Counted from the first letter of the stretch, positions 46,014-55,206 are shown. The stretch: 64,000 bases of DNA from Saprospiraceae bacterium (GCA_049306275.1 JBAQQB010000197.1:58601-122600); one strand, 5' to 3'. The notes: generated from the letters alone by a model not told the origin. A program made the numbers and translations.

Positions 46014-47459
46014 CTATATTTTCTCCTCCTGGTCTTCCAGGTCCATTCGCACGAGCATGGCCATGAAGAAGAAAAAGAAGCTGCCGACCTTATCCGTTTC
46101 CACCATATCATTGATGAGCAGGAGTGCGTCGATGACGATGGCGCCGAGTGTAAGTGCCATCGTCCATTGCTTGCGGAAGGGGTCGGTCGTGCGGTGGTAG
46201 ATCCGTTCGCCCAGGAGGAGCACGGCAAAGCACAGCCCGATGAAGATGAGCATGCCGGGTATGCCCTGCTCCACGGCCGTCATGAGGTAGTAGCTGTGGA
46301 TGCCGGATTTATCGGGGTTGTCGCTCACGTATGTTTCGAAGCTGGACACCGTATAGGACCGGTAGTAGTTATAGAAATTGCCGGGACCGAAACCGGTCAG
46401 CGGTTTGTCTTCGATCATGTTTTTACCCGCCACCCAGCGGTACACCCGCTCCATGGTGGAGATGTCTTCGCCTTTGGCGGTAGCCTCCAAAAGGTTGTCG
46501 AACTGGTAGTGGGTGACGGTCTTTTCAAAATCGGGCGCGTATTCCAGGTACTTTTCCTGGCGAAGCAGGTACCCCGTTCCGATGATAGCGATGGCCACTG
46601 TGAGCAGAAGGGCCGGAAGCGTGAGCTTGTAGCGGATGATGAACCAGGCGCCCAGCGCAATGATCAGGGCCACATATGCCGCACGGGTGTAGGCAAACTG
46701 AATGCCGATGAGCAAGAGTATCCCGCCTCCTATCAGCAGAATCCACTGCCCGCTCCAGGGCCTGTACCATTTCCGGGCGAACCATACGAGCGGGAAGACC
46801 AGCGCCAGCAGGCAGGCATAGCTCACGTGGTTGCGGTAAAAAGGCCACATAGCGCGGTTGACGTCTTTGAAGGTAAAGCCGTAGCCGGCATGGCGTATCA
46901 GCACATATATCACCGTGATCAGCAGGGGAATGAACACCCACCAGAGCCATTGTTTTTTATCCTTTTCTCCCTTCATCAAAATGCCGGCCATGAAATAGAA
47001 AGAGACCACAAACCAGGTCTTGGCCAGCAGGAATTTGACCGATACAAGGGGAGTGCTGGACGTGATGGCTGCGACGGTCATCCAGGCAAGGTGGAGAAAT
47101 AGGAGCAGGCTGAGAGGATGCACAAAAAAACGCTTGTCTAACTCCCGGCCGTGACGTATCAGATAGATGAAAAATATACCCGTAACGAGTAGCATAAAAG
47201 GTTCGTCGGGCAGGTCGGTTCCGAACCCTCCCGGCAAATAGACCTCCACGGAAAAGGGGATCAGCGCCCAGAGCAGGAAGTAGACTTTTTTAAAGTCGAC
47301 GACAGCCAGGTAAGTGATGAGCAGGGCGGCGGGGACGCCGAAGAGGAAATAAAAATCAAAGGCTGCTCCCGCAAAAAAACTCAACAGGGAGAGTCCGGCG
47401 AAAACCAGGAATATCCATTTGGCGGATGCCGGTGTGCTTATGTTATCGCTAACGGCCAT
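46014..47459 (-). CDS. O-antigen ligase/polymerase family membrane protein (Wzy-like)
   Basis: 481 aa, more than 10 TM segments with one large periplasmic loop; sits between FkbM and Wzz-like genes. Confidence 0.72.
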   Translation of the reverse strand: MAVSDNISTPASAKWIFLVFAGLSLLSFFAGAAFDFYFLFGVPAALLITYLAVVDFKKVYFLLWALIPFSVEVYLPGGFGTDLPDEPFMLLVTGIFFIYLIRHGRELDKRFFVHPLSLLLFLHLAWMTVAAITSSTPLVSVKFLLAKTWFVVSFYFMAGILMKGEKDKKQWLWWVFIPLLITVIYVLIRHAGYGFTFKDVNRAMWPFYRNHVSYACLLALVFPLVWFARKWYRPWSGQWILLIGGGILLLIGIQFAYTRAAYVALIIALGAWFIIRYKLTLPALLLTVAIAIIGTGYLLRQEKYLEYAPDFEKTVTHYQFDNLLEATAKGEDISTMERVYRWVAGKNMIEDKPLTGFGPGNFYNYYRSYTVSSFETYVSDNPDKSGIHSYYLMTAVEQGIPGMLIFIGLCFAVLLLGERIYHRTTDPFRKQWTMALTLGAIVIDALLLINDMVETDKVGSFFFFFMAMLVRMDLEDQEEKI

Positions 47460-48552
47460 CGATAACCGACTTCCAGTTGACGTCTTTATAGGTATCGAAA
47501 ACCAGCGCGCCTATGGCGCTAAACAGGAAGGACAGCGCTGTGATGGCCACGACGATAATACTGCGCTTGGGGCGGGATTTGATGATAGGCGTGGGGGCTT
47601 CCTCGACGAGGTGAATGGCGGGGAAGGGCGAACCCTGTGCGCTTTTGATCTGCTTGTAACGCTCCTTGTCTTCCCCGAGCTGCTTGCTGGCCTGTGCGTG
47701 CTCCTGTACCAGCACCTGTACGGTAGCAAGACCCTGGTTGAATTTGTCAAGCCGTTCCTGGAGTCCTTCAACCTCTTTCCGAGCGCCCTGCACGGAGGCC
47801 TTCAGGTTGGAAATGGTGTCGCGGGGCACACCGGGCGTGTTTTGGAAAACCTCCAGCCTGGCGCTCGAATTGGTCAGTTTGGCCTCTGCTTCAGCCAGCA
47901 GCGTGGCCAGCAATTCACTCTGGGTTTCGGTGTTGTATACGCCATAGGTAGAGCGAAGCGTCATGAGGCTATCGTTCAACTTCCTAAGCTGGCTCTCCTT
48001 TTCCTGGATGTTGGACTCGTAAGTCGAGAGCAGTTCTGTCTGGCTGGCCTTGATCAGCCGTTGAGCGATTTCATCGATTTTCAGACGGGCGGCATTGGCC
48101 ATGGCGGCTGCTTTTTCCTTGTCCTTGTCTTCGACAGCAAGCTGGATGGCGTCGAATTTCGTTTTCTGGACCTGGTAGAGTTTGCTGAGCTTCAGCCGCA
48201 CATAATACGGGGCTTTGGCATTGGTCGAATCGATATCGTAGTGTTCGTAGAGGTTGAAAGTGCTGATCAGGTAGTCGGCCAGTTCGTTCGAATTGGCGAT
48301 TGTCATGATCCTGTCGATATCAGCGTCTTCGCCGTAGTATTCCATCGCCTCGTTGGTGGCGCCGAACATGCGCTCGGGCATCGCCAGGTCGGGGCTGGCT
48401 GCGTAGAAGGTAGTGACCGATTCGTAGTATACAGGCAGCAGTAAAGAGACCACGATGCTGCCCACCGCGCCGATCGCGGTTGTGATGAGGATGGGCTTTT
48501 TCCATTTAAAAAGTGTCTGTAAGACGCCCAGCAAGCTTTCCTTGTACTCCAT
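47449..48552 (-). CDS. Wzz-like polysaccharide chain-length determinant protein (no kinase domain)
   Basis: 367 aa. N-terminal TM (ILITTAIGAVGSIVVSLLLPVYYES), long coiled-coil periplasmic region, C-terminal TM. Confidence 0.7.
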   Translation of the reverse strand: MEYKESLLGVLQTLFKWKKPILITTAIGAVGSIVVSLLLPVYYESVTTFYAASPDLAMPERMFGATNEAMEYYGEDADIDRIMTIANSNELADYLISTFNLYEHYDIDSTNAKAPYYVRLKLSKLYQVQKTKFDAIQLAVEDKDKEKAAAMANAARLKIDEIAQRLIKASQTELLSTYESNIQEKESQLRKLNDSLMTLRSTYGVYNTETQSELLATLLAEAEAKLTNSSARLEVFQNTPGVPRDTISNLKASVQGARKEVEGLQERLDKFNQGLATVQVLVQEHAQASKQLGEDKERYKQIKSAQGSPFPAIHLVEEAPTPIIKSRPKRSIIVVAITALSFLFSAIGALVFDTYKDVNWKSVIDGR

Positions 48553-48605
48553 TCCAGTATTTTTTAAAGAAAGCGGGAAAGCCCCGCTTCGCTTTTGATA
48601 TTTCG

Positions 48606-48613
48606 CAAAAGTA
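48606..48613 (-). promoter_or_regulatory. TAnnTTTG motif (TACTTTTG on the minus strand) upstream of the wzz-like gene
   Basis: The reverse complement of CAAAAGTA matches the consensus. A 7-bp hairpin (48571-48589) lies between it and ATG 48552. Confidence 0.35.
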
Positions 48614-48624
48614 GGAAAATGCCC

Positions 48625-50085
48625 CTAATTTTCAGGAAAGCCCTTTTCTTTTCGGAGCATCCGGAGTGCGCGGGCGGGCTCTATCATTCTGAAGGCAATG
48701 GCCAGCGAAACACTCAGCAGCATCCCTGTCAGAAAACGAATTTGCCAGACAAATGGCTCCCAGACCGAGAGGATGAAAAATACCAGGCCCACAGCCAGGG
48801 CGAATACTGCATGAAGGATCATCGAGCGGCCCGAAGGCAGGGCTTTCATTTGGCGATGTGACATGGCCATTTCCGATAGCCAGATAACCAGTTGGGTCAG
48901 CAAGGTGGCCAAAGCGGCGCCCCAGGCCTTGTAAACGGGGATGAGCAGGAGGTTGAGGCTGGCGTTCAGGACAATGCCCAGTGCGAAAAGCCGGTTCAAA
49001 GGCTTCATCTTGCCATTGGCGAGTAGCAGGGTTCCGAAAATATACGTTCCGCTGACGGCTATGAAACTCAGCATCAAATAACCCAGCACTTCGCCCCAGT
49101 AGGGGGTGGCATCGTGGTAAAGCCAATAGGCAATTTCCTCCCGGAAAAAAAATACCCCAAGGCTCAGGGTCCACGCACCCGTCATGATGAGTTTGAAACT
49201 GGTCTCCACCAGCGGCCGGATGGGCTCCCGGGCTGCCAATAACCTTGCAAACATGGGCAATAGCAGTGTGGCAAACAAATATCCGATCATATTGCTCGCG
49301 TCGAGCAAGCGGTAGGCGGAGGCATATACGCCGGCTTCGTGCTCGCCGTCGGGCAGCAGCCGCTCCAGCATGACTGCGTCCATCCGCGTGTAAAGGGTCG
49401 TGAGCAGAATGACCAGTGCAAAGGGGGCGCTGCTGCGCAAGAACCACACGACCAACGGCGTCTTCCAGCGCAGGCGCAGTTGGGGAAGATGCTCCCGCAG
49501 TACCCAAAAAGCAACCAGGGCCGTGATACCCATCGATGCGGCCTGGGCATATACCAGCCATTCTATCTGAAAATCGCCCAGCCACCCCTGAAACAACAGC
49601 AAAAACCCGGCGATCCCGATTAGCAGAAAGCGATCGAGAGCGGAAATCAGGCTGTCGGTTCGGTAGAAACCCAGGCCCGAAATATTGGAGCGGAGAAATA
49701 ATACGAATGAACTGAGCACCTGCACGATCAACACCCATCCCAACAGCGGCCATAACAGGAGCGGATATCCCAGCAACGCCGCCACGACAAGGGCCAGGAA
49801 CAGGTAGACCCAACTGAGCAAGAGCTTGAGCATCAGCAAATTGGGAAAATATTTCCCGATCAGCTGCCGGTGCTGCGAAATGGCCCTGTTGTTGAAGTTC
49901 TGGATGCCGAAGTCGTTGAGGATCTGCAACAGCAAGGCCAGGTTGAAAAAGGTGAAATAAAGCCCGTACGCCTCCGTGCCCACCGTGTTCTGCACCGTGC
50001 GGTCGATCCCAAAGATGTAAAAGGGCTTGACCAGCAGGTTGAGCGCCAGGAGGAGGGCTATGTTGAGGAGGAATTCGCGCTTCAT
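48625..50085 (-). CDS. wzx: Wzx-type oligosaccharide flippase (MOP superfamily)
   Basis: Start at ATG 50085 (MKREFLLNIALLLALNLL). The 16 upstream codons of the listed ORF translate a hairpin arm (FTLHPSPFT). Confidence 0.8.
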   Translation of the reverse strand: MKREFLLNIALLLALNLLVKPFYIFGIDRTVQNTVGTEAYGLYFTFFNLALLLQILNDFGIQNFNNRAISQHRQLIGKYFPNLLMLKLLLSWVYLFLALVVAALLGYPLLLWPLLGWVLIVQVLSSFVLFLRSNISGLGFYRTDSLISALDRFLLIGIAGFLLLFQGWLGDFQIEWLVYAQAASMGITALVAFWVLREHLPQLRLRWKTPLVVWFLRSSAPFALVILLTTLYTRMDAVMLERLLPDGEHEAGVYASAYRLLDASNMIGYLFATLLLPMFARLLAAREPIRPLVETSFKLIMTGAWTLSLGVFFFREEIAYWLYHDATPYWGEVLGYLMLSFIAVSGTYIFGTLLLANGKMKPLNRLFALGIVLNASLNLLLIPVYKAWGAALATLLTQLVIWLSEMAMSHRQMKALPSGRSMILHAVFALAVGLVFFILSVWEPFVWQIRFLTGMLLSVSLAIAFRMIEPARALRMLRKEKGFPEN

Positions 50086-50091
50086 GTATTC

Positions 50092-50155
50092 AGTGAAGGG
50101 TGAAGGGTGAAGGGTGAAGGGATTTCTCTTCACCCTTCACCCTTCACTCTTCACT
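50092..50155 (-). repeat. 28-bp hairpin of four GTGAAGG heptamers and their complement, between mnmG and wzx
   Basis: 50092-50119 pairs with 50128-50155 (27 Watson-Crick pairs plus 1 G-U), with an 8-nt loop GGATTTCT. It lies 2 nt from the mnmG stop and 6 nt from the wzx ATG. No T-tract. Confidence 0.9.
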
Positions 50156-50157
50156 AA

Positions 50158-52023
50158 TTATCGTCCCATATGCACCAGCAAAATAGAAATATCCGCCGGT
50201 GAGACGCCGCTGATGCGGCTGGCCTGGCCGATGGTGCGGGGGCGCACTTTGGAGAGCTTCTCGCGGGCCTCTTTCGACAGGGAACCCAGTTGGCGGTAGT
50301 CGAAGTCGTCGAAGATACGCACCTCTTCGAGGCGGTTCATCTTGTCGACCATCTCCTGCTCTTTTTTGATGTAGCCCTCGTACTTGATGTTGATCTCCGC
50401 CAGCTCGGCAAATTCGGGCTCGTACTGCCCCAGGAATTCGTCGAGTGCGGGCAGGGCTTCGCGAAGGTCCTGAATGCCGATATTAGGGCGCAGCAGCACG
50501 GGCAGGAGCTTGACCTTCTGCTTGAGCAGGGCTGATTCCTTTGCTTCGAGCACGGGGTTGAGGTCTTCGGGATTGACGCTCGTTTCCTGGAAATATTTTT
50601 CAATGGCCACCGCGGCTTCCTGCTTGGCGCGCACGCGGTCCATGCGCTCTTCCAGTCCTTGCATGCCGATCTTTTCGGCCAGGGGGGTGAGGCGCAGGTC
50701 GGCATTGTCCTGGCGCAGCAGAATGCGGTATTCGGCGCGGGAGGTGAACATGCGGTAGGGTTCCTGGGTGCCTTTGTTGACCAGGTCGTCGATCAGCACG
50801 CCGATGTAGGCTTCCGAGCGTTTGAGGATGAAGGGTTCCTGCTCGTTGACGGCCAGGTGGGCGTTGATGCCGGCCATGAGGCCCTGGCAGCCCGCTTCTT
50901 CATAACCCGTGGTGCCGTTGATCTGCCCTGCGAAAAACAGGTTCTTCACCCGGTGGGTCTCCAGGGAGAGGCTCAGCTGGTCGGGCGGGAAAAAGTCGTA
51001 TTCGATGGCGTAGCCGGGGCGGAACATTTTGGCGTTCTCCAGCCCCGGGATCATGCGCAGGGCTTTGTATTGCACGTCTTCCGGCAACGAGGAGGAGAAG
51101 CCGTTGATGTAGATCTCGCAAGTATCCCAGCCCTCGGGTTCGATGAAGAGCTGGTGCCTGTCGCGGTCGGCGAATCGGTCGATCTTGTCTTCGATGGAGG
51201 GGCAATAGCGCGGGCCCAGGCCCTGGATTCGGCCGTTGAACATGGGCGAGCGGTCGAAGCCGGTGCGCAGCATGTCGTGCACTTCCTGGTTGGTGTAGGT
51301 GATATAGCAGGGCAGTTGCTTGGTGATCTTCGGCGTGTCGGTGTAAGAAAATTTTCCGCCTTCCGGATCGCCATCCTGCACCTCCATGCGGCTGTAGTCG
51401 ATGGTGCGGCCGTCGATGCGGGGTGGGGTGCCGGTCTTCATGCGCCCTGATTCAAAGCCCAGTTCGATGAGTTGCTCGGTGATACCTTTGGCGGCTTTTT
51501 CGCCGGCGCGCCCGCCCCCGAGTTGCTTCTCGCCGATGTGGATAATGCCGTTGAGGAAGGTGCCGTTGGTGAGGACCACTGCCTTTCCTGGTATCTCCAG
51601 CCCCATGCCCGTGCGCACGCCGCGCACCACGCCGTCTTTGACGACCAGCCCGCTGACCATCTCCTGCCAGAAGTCGATGTTGGGGTGGGCTTCCAGCATC
51701 TGCCGCCACTTGGCGGCAAAGCGCATGCGGTCGCTCTGGGCGCGCGGGCTCCACATGGCCGGCCCTTTCGAGCGGTTGAGCATGCGGAACTGCACCATGG
51801 TATGGTCGGTGACAATGCCGGAATAGCCGCCCAAGGCGTCGATCTCGCGCACGATCTGGCCTTTGGCCACGCCGCCCATGGCGGGGTTGCACGACATCTG
51901 CGCGATGGTCTGCATGTTCATCGTCACGAGCAACACCTTCGAGCCCATGTTGGCGGCCGCGGCGGCAGCTTCACAGCCGGCATGACCGGCCCCCACTACA
52001 ATCACATCGTATTCCGGGAACAT
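50158..52023 (-). CDS. mnmG: tRNA uridine 5-carboxymethylaminomethyl modification enzyme
   Basis: 621 aa. YDVIVVGAGHAGCEAA FAD motif and full-length GidA layout. Confidence 0.96.
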   Translation of the reverse strand: MFPEYDVIVVGAGHAGCEAAAAAANMGSKVLLVTMNMQTIAQMSCNPAMGGVAKGQIVREIDALGGYSGIVTDHTMVQFRMLNRSKGPAMWSPRAQSDRMRFAAKWRQMLEAHPNIDFWQEMVSGLVVKDGVVRGVRTGMGLEIPGKAVVLTNGTFLNGIIHIGEKQLGGGRAGEKAAKGITEQLIELGFESGRMKTGTPPRIDGRTIDYSRMEVQDGDPEGGKFSYTDTPKITKQLPCYITYTNQEVHDMLRTGFDRSPMFNGRIQGLGPRYCPSIEDKIDRFADRDRHQLFIEPEGWDTCEIYINGFSSSLPEDVQYKALRMIPGLENAKMFRPGYAIEYDFFPPDQLSLSLETHRVKNLFFAGQINGTTGYEEAGCQGLMAGINAHLAVNEQEPFILKRSEAYIGVLIDDLVNKGTQEPYRMFTSRAEYRILLRQDNADLRLTPLAEKIGMQGLEERMDRVRAKQEAAVAIEKYFQETSVNPEDLNPVLEAKESALLKQKVKLLPVLLRPNIGIQDLREALPALDEFLGQYEPEFAELAEINIKYEGYIKKEQEMVDKMNRLEEVRIFDDFDYRQLGSLSKEAREKLSKVRPRTIGQASRISGVSPADISILLVHMGR

Positions 52024-52070
52024 TGATTTCTATTTCCTTGTTTTTTTTGTACACTGATCGATTAAGATTT

Positions 52071-52111
52071 GTTTATGATCAGCACTGATCAAATCATAAT
52101 TGATCATAAAC
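52071..52111. repeat. 11-bp perfect palindrome arms (GTTTATGATCA / TGATCATAAAC) in the mnmG | M15 divergent spacer
   Basis: Arms at 52071-52081 and 52101-52111. Four GATC sites fall within 52056-52105, and CACTGATC is duplicated at 52052 and 52083. Confidence 0.7.
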
Positions 52112-52155
52112 CATCCTAATTAATCTGCGTACCTCTAAAATGCTTGCAAAGTTAA

Positions 52156-52163
52156 TACATTTG
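52156..52163 (+). promoter_or_regulatory. TAnnTTTG motif (TACATTTG) upstream of the M15 peptidase gene
   Basis: Exact consensus match ending 5 nt before ATG 52169, implying a near-leaderless mRNA. Confidence 0.4.
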
Positions 52164-52168
52164 GCGCT

Positions 52169-52936
52169 ATGAAAATATGGACCCTCTCATTCCTGGCCCT
52201 CCTGTCGTGCACGCCTGTTTCTACAGAACAAAAATCTGCGGCTGCGGTTCCCTTCGATGTAAAAACGGATTTCCCCACTGTCGATTATCTGATGGGCAAA
52301 TTTGATCCGGCGAAACACCCGGATTTCATTCTCATTCCCACACAATATGGCAGCAAGGCGGACATGTATCTGCGGAAAGATGTATTTGAGGCCTACCTGA
52401 AAATGCACGCCGCCGCCAAAGCCGATGGCGTTAATCTGCTGATCATTTCCGCCACCCGACCTTTCAACTACCAGAAAGGCATCTGGGAAGCCAAGTGGAA
52501 CGGCAGCCGGCCGGTAGATGGGAAAGACCTTTCCAAAACCATTCCCGACCCCAAAACGCGGGCGCTGAAGATCCTCGAATACAGCTCGATGCCCGGAACC
52601 TCCCGCCATCACTGGGGCACCGACTTCGACCTCAACGATTTGGAGGACGCCTATTTTCAGTCAGGCACTGGCAAGAAGGTCTATGAATGGCTGTCGGCAA
52701 ATGCGGCTGAATACGGCTTTTGCCAGGTGTACACCCCAAAGGGTCCGGAAAGGCCTTATGGCTACAACGAAGAAAAGTGGCACTGGTCTTACGTACCGGT
52801 AGCCCGGCAGCTCACCGGTTTTGCGGCCGAGCACCTGAAAGACGGGATGATCACGGGCTTTCAGGGCGCCGAAGCGGCAAAAGCCATTGGCGTGGTGGAG
52901 AAGTATGTGCTGGGCGTCAATCCGGATTGCAAATGA
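52169..52936 (+). CDS. M15-family D-Ala-D-Ala carboxypeptidase-like metallopeptidase
   Basis: 255 aa with signal peptide. SRHHWGTDFD (SxHxxGxxxD) and EKWHWSY motifs. Confidence 0.8.
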   Translation: MKIWTLSFLALLSCTPVSTEQKSAAAVPFDVKTDFPTVDYLMGKFDPAKHPDFILIPTQYGSKADMYLRKDVFEAYLKMHAAAKADGVNLLIISATRPFNYQKGIWEAKWNGSRPVDGKDLSKTIPDPKTRALKILEYSSMPGTSRHHWGTDFDLNDLEDAYFQSGTGKKVYEWLSANAAEYGFCQVYTPKGPERPYGYNEEKWHWSYVPVARQLTGFAAEHLKDGMITGFQGAEAAKAIGVVEKYVLGVNPDCK

Positions 52937-52954
52937 CACCAAACCTTTACCCAT

Positions 52955-53389
52955 ATGAAAACCTACCTGATTCCGTTTTTGCTGGCAAGCCTGTTTCTGG
53001 CGCAAAATCCAGCACCTGCCGCGGTGCAACTGGTGCGGGGGGAGGAGTATACGATTGAGTATAAAGCTGATTTTAAAAAACACCCGGAAAAGGCGAAGCT
53101 GCGCTCCAAAAGCGACATGGCCTTCAAGAGCGGTCTGTATGCCGCAGCTTCGGTGGCCTTGCTCATCGGGATGATGGCCACGGCGTCTATTGCCGCGGAA
53201 GGACTGGCTACCCTTCTTTATATTCTTGCACTGGTTTTGATCGCGGTGGCGCCTTTTCTTGCATTCAGCGCCCTTGTCTATGGCCTGGAGGGGATAGGGG
53301 AAAGAAAATGGTGGAAATGGCTGATCGGCATTATACTTGGGTTTCTGGTGCTGGTATTTTTTGTCTACGAAGCTAAAATAATCGAGTAA
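52955..53389 (+). CDS. Hypothetical membrane protein
   Basis: 144 aa; signal peptide plus 3 TM segments; no family recognised. Confidence 0.5.
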   Translation: MKTYLIPFLLASLFLAQNPAPAAVQLVRGEEYTIEYKADFKKHPEKAKLRSKSDMAFKSGLYAAASVALLIGMMATASIAAEGLATLLYILALVLIAVAPFLAFSALVYGLEGIGERKWWKWLIGIILGFLVLVFFVYEAKIIE

Positions 53390-53398
53390 ATCAAGGTT

Positions 53399-53791
53399 AT
53401 GAAACAGTTGATTTTTGCCATATGGGGCATGACGGCCAGTTTGGCGCCGTATGTGGCCGGGGCAGCTGTTCATGTTGAGGCCACGGCCCTCCAAATCGAG
53501 GAAAAAAGCGCCTGGCCCAATGAAGCTTCCTGGGCTTTAAGCATCGTATCTTTTGGGCCATTTTTTCTGGGTTTAGGTATGTTTGCCATTGAGAGCCTTT
53601 TTTATTTCATCACCGGGTATTCCCTGTTGGTAGCCTCCCAGATCGTGGTTTTTTTGGCAATTGGAATGGCCATTACCGCAATAATATTTGGCCTTTTGGG
53701 ACTAAAAAGGCCAAGGCGGGAAATTGGACGCAATGGAATCATCCTGGGTCTTATTGTTATAGCCCTGTCGGCCTTGTTACTGATTCTGTGA
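53399..53791 (+). CDS. Hypothetical membrane protein
   Basis: 130 aa; signal-like N-terminus plus 3 TM segments. Same layout as the preceding gene. Confidence 0.5.
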   Translation: MKQLIFAIWGMTASLAPYVAGAAVHVEATALQIEEKSAWPNEASWALSIVSFGPFFLGLGMFAIESLFYFITGYSLLVASQIVVFLAIGMAITAIIFGLLGLKRPRREIGRNGIILGLIVIALSALLLIL

Positions 53792-54466
53792 AGACAGGAT
53801 CAGCGGCTCGTAGTTGGCCAGCATGTGGTTGAACATGGCCTGAATGCCGTTGTTGGTGACCGTCGACCCCGATGCCCCGTCGAGCTTGACGCCGCCGAAG
53901 GTGTAGACCTCGCGCTTGGGGTTGTCCATCAGGTTGAGTTGGCCGCCGCTGGCCAGTTTGGCGCCGGCATACTGTTCCTGGTACCAGTCCTTCCTGATTT
54001 CGTCGCCGTAGCTCAACGTCTCTTTTTTGTGGAAAAACCGGATATCCATGACGGTCTGGTCCGTTTCATTGAAAAGAATGTAAGCCCAGACTGGGCCTGC
54101 GTAACCATAGCCCTCCATGAACAGGATGTCGACGTTGGGGGCGCTCTTGATTTTCCAGAAAGGCACGAAATCCAGCTTGTTCATGCGCCACTGCTGGTGC
54201 AGCGCGTTGTCGAACTGGATGAACTGCGGCATGGCGTGCGCTTTTCCATTGACCAGCACATAGGGCTGCAGCTCCTGCTCGATGTTGGAGGCGCTGATCT
54301 TGGGGAAAGAAGGAAAGAGCAAGGAGAGCAATTCCTCTTTTTGAACAGGGTCGAGCGCGGCGGATTGCGGGTAGTTTTGGGCCTTGGCCAGTTTAGGAGA
54401 GCAGGAGAGTTCGAGGAAAACGACCGCAAGCATCATCAGGCTTGCAAACAATGGCAGGTGGCGCAT
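53777..54466 (-). CDS. Secreted FMN-binding-domain-like protein
   Basis: 229 aa, lipoprotein-like signal (FLELSCS). GYGYAGPVWAYILF and LDGASGSTVT resemble the FMN_bind fold and the [ST]GA[TS] flavinylation motif. Confidence 0.5.
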   Translation of the reverse strand: MRHLPLFASLMMLAVVFLELSCSPKLAKAQNYPQSAALDPVQKEELLSLLFPSFPKISASNIEQELQPYVLVNGKAHAMPQFIQFDNALHQQWRMNKLDFVPFWKIKSAPNVDILFMEGYGYAGPVWAYILFNETDQTVMDIRFFHKKETLSYGDEIRKDWYQEQYAGAKLASGGQLNLMDNPKREVYTFGGVKLDGASGSTVTNNGIQAMFNHMLANYEPLILSSQNQ

Positions 54467-54549
54467 GGAGATTCGATTTGTCAGGTGATAAATGTACTTT
54501 TTAAAAACCTTTTCCTCCTTTGCAAAGTTGCTTTTAAAACGAAAAAACC

Positions 54550-55107
54550 ATGGCTTTTACAGAATCCACCATGCTTCCTTTGGGCACCTCCGCCCCTAAT
54601 TTTTCCCTCCCCGATACCGTCTCCGGCCGGATGGTTTCCCTTTCGGAGGTGAAAACGGATAAAGGGCTGGTCGTCATATTTTTATGCAACCATTGCCCCT
54701 ACGTCATCCACGTCAACCCCGAGATTGTGCGGGTGGCGAAGGAGTATATGGCCAGGGGGCTTGGTTTTGTGGGCATCAGTTCCAACGATGTGGAAAATTA
54801 TCCGGACGATGCGCCGGATAAGATGAAGCAGGTTGCGGAGCAACTGGGCTATCCTTTTCCCTACCTCTACGACGAGAGCCAGGAGGTGGCCCGCGCATAC
54901 GATGCCGCCTGCACGCCCGATTTCTACGTTTTCGGCAAGGACCTGAAATTGGCTTACCGCGGCCGCCTCGACGATTCGCGTCCAAAGAACGACAACCCGC
55001 TCACCGGCAAGGACCTGCGCGCTGCGCTGGATGCCGTGCTGGAGGGAAAGCCGGTTACGGAAGCGCAGTATCCGAGCGGGGGGTGTAATATTAAGTGGAA
55101 GCGGTAA
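54550..55107 (+). CDS. Thioredoxin-fold thiol-disulfide oxidoreductase / peroxiredoxin-like protein
   Basis: 185 aa with CxxC VIFLCNHCPYV. AhpC/TSA-like layout. Confidence 0.8.
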   Translation: MAFTESTMLPLGTSAPNFSLPDTVSGRMVSLSEVKTDKGLVVIFLCNHCPYVIHVNPEIVRVAKEYMARGLGFVGISSNDVENYPDDAPDKMKQVAEQLGYPFPYLYDESQEVARAYDAACTPDFYVFGKDLKLAYRGRLDDSRPKNDNPLTGKDLRAALDAVLEGKPVTEAQYPSGGCNIKWKR

Positions 55108-55166
55108 GTAGGGCGTCTTCGCATCATCCACCCGAAAACAGTCAATCCTCGTACGAATAAAACTTT

Positions 55167-55206
55167 GCTATAAACGATTGATTTATAGCTACTTTTTATT
55201 TTTTTC
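55167..55206 (+). terminator. Rho-independent terminator after the thioredoxin-like gene
   Basis: Stem GCTATAAA / TTTATAGC (55167-55174 and 55182-55189), 7-nt loop, followed by TACTTTTTATTTTTTT. Confidence 0.6.

Noticed and set aside
50086-50133. N-terminal extensions such as MKRNPFTLHPSPFTEY (also 57659-57703 for lpxD and 60537-60629 for polA)
   Set aside because: These codons merely translate hairpin arms made of repeated words. Conserved protein N-termini start at the downstream ATGs (50085, 57658, 60536).
44087-50155. Tandem short repeats as a CRISPR array
   Set aside because: The repeat units are 7-8 nt and directly abutting, with no spacers, and there are no cas genes. This is not CRISPR.
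52024-52168. Possible oriC next to mnmG/gidA
   Set aside because: The spacer is only 145 nt. I see no TTATCCACA-type DnaA boxes, and no dnaA or dnaN nearby. GATC clustering alone is insufficient, so it is kept only as a low-interest regulatory finding.
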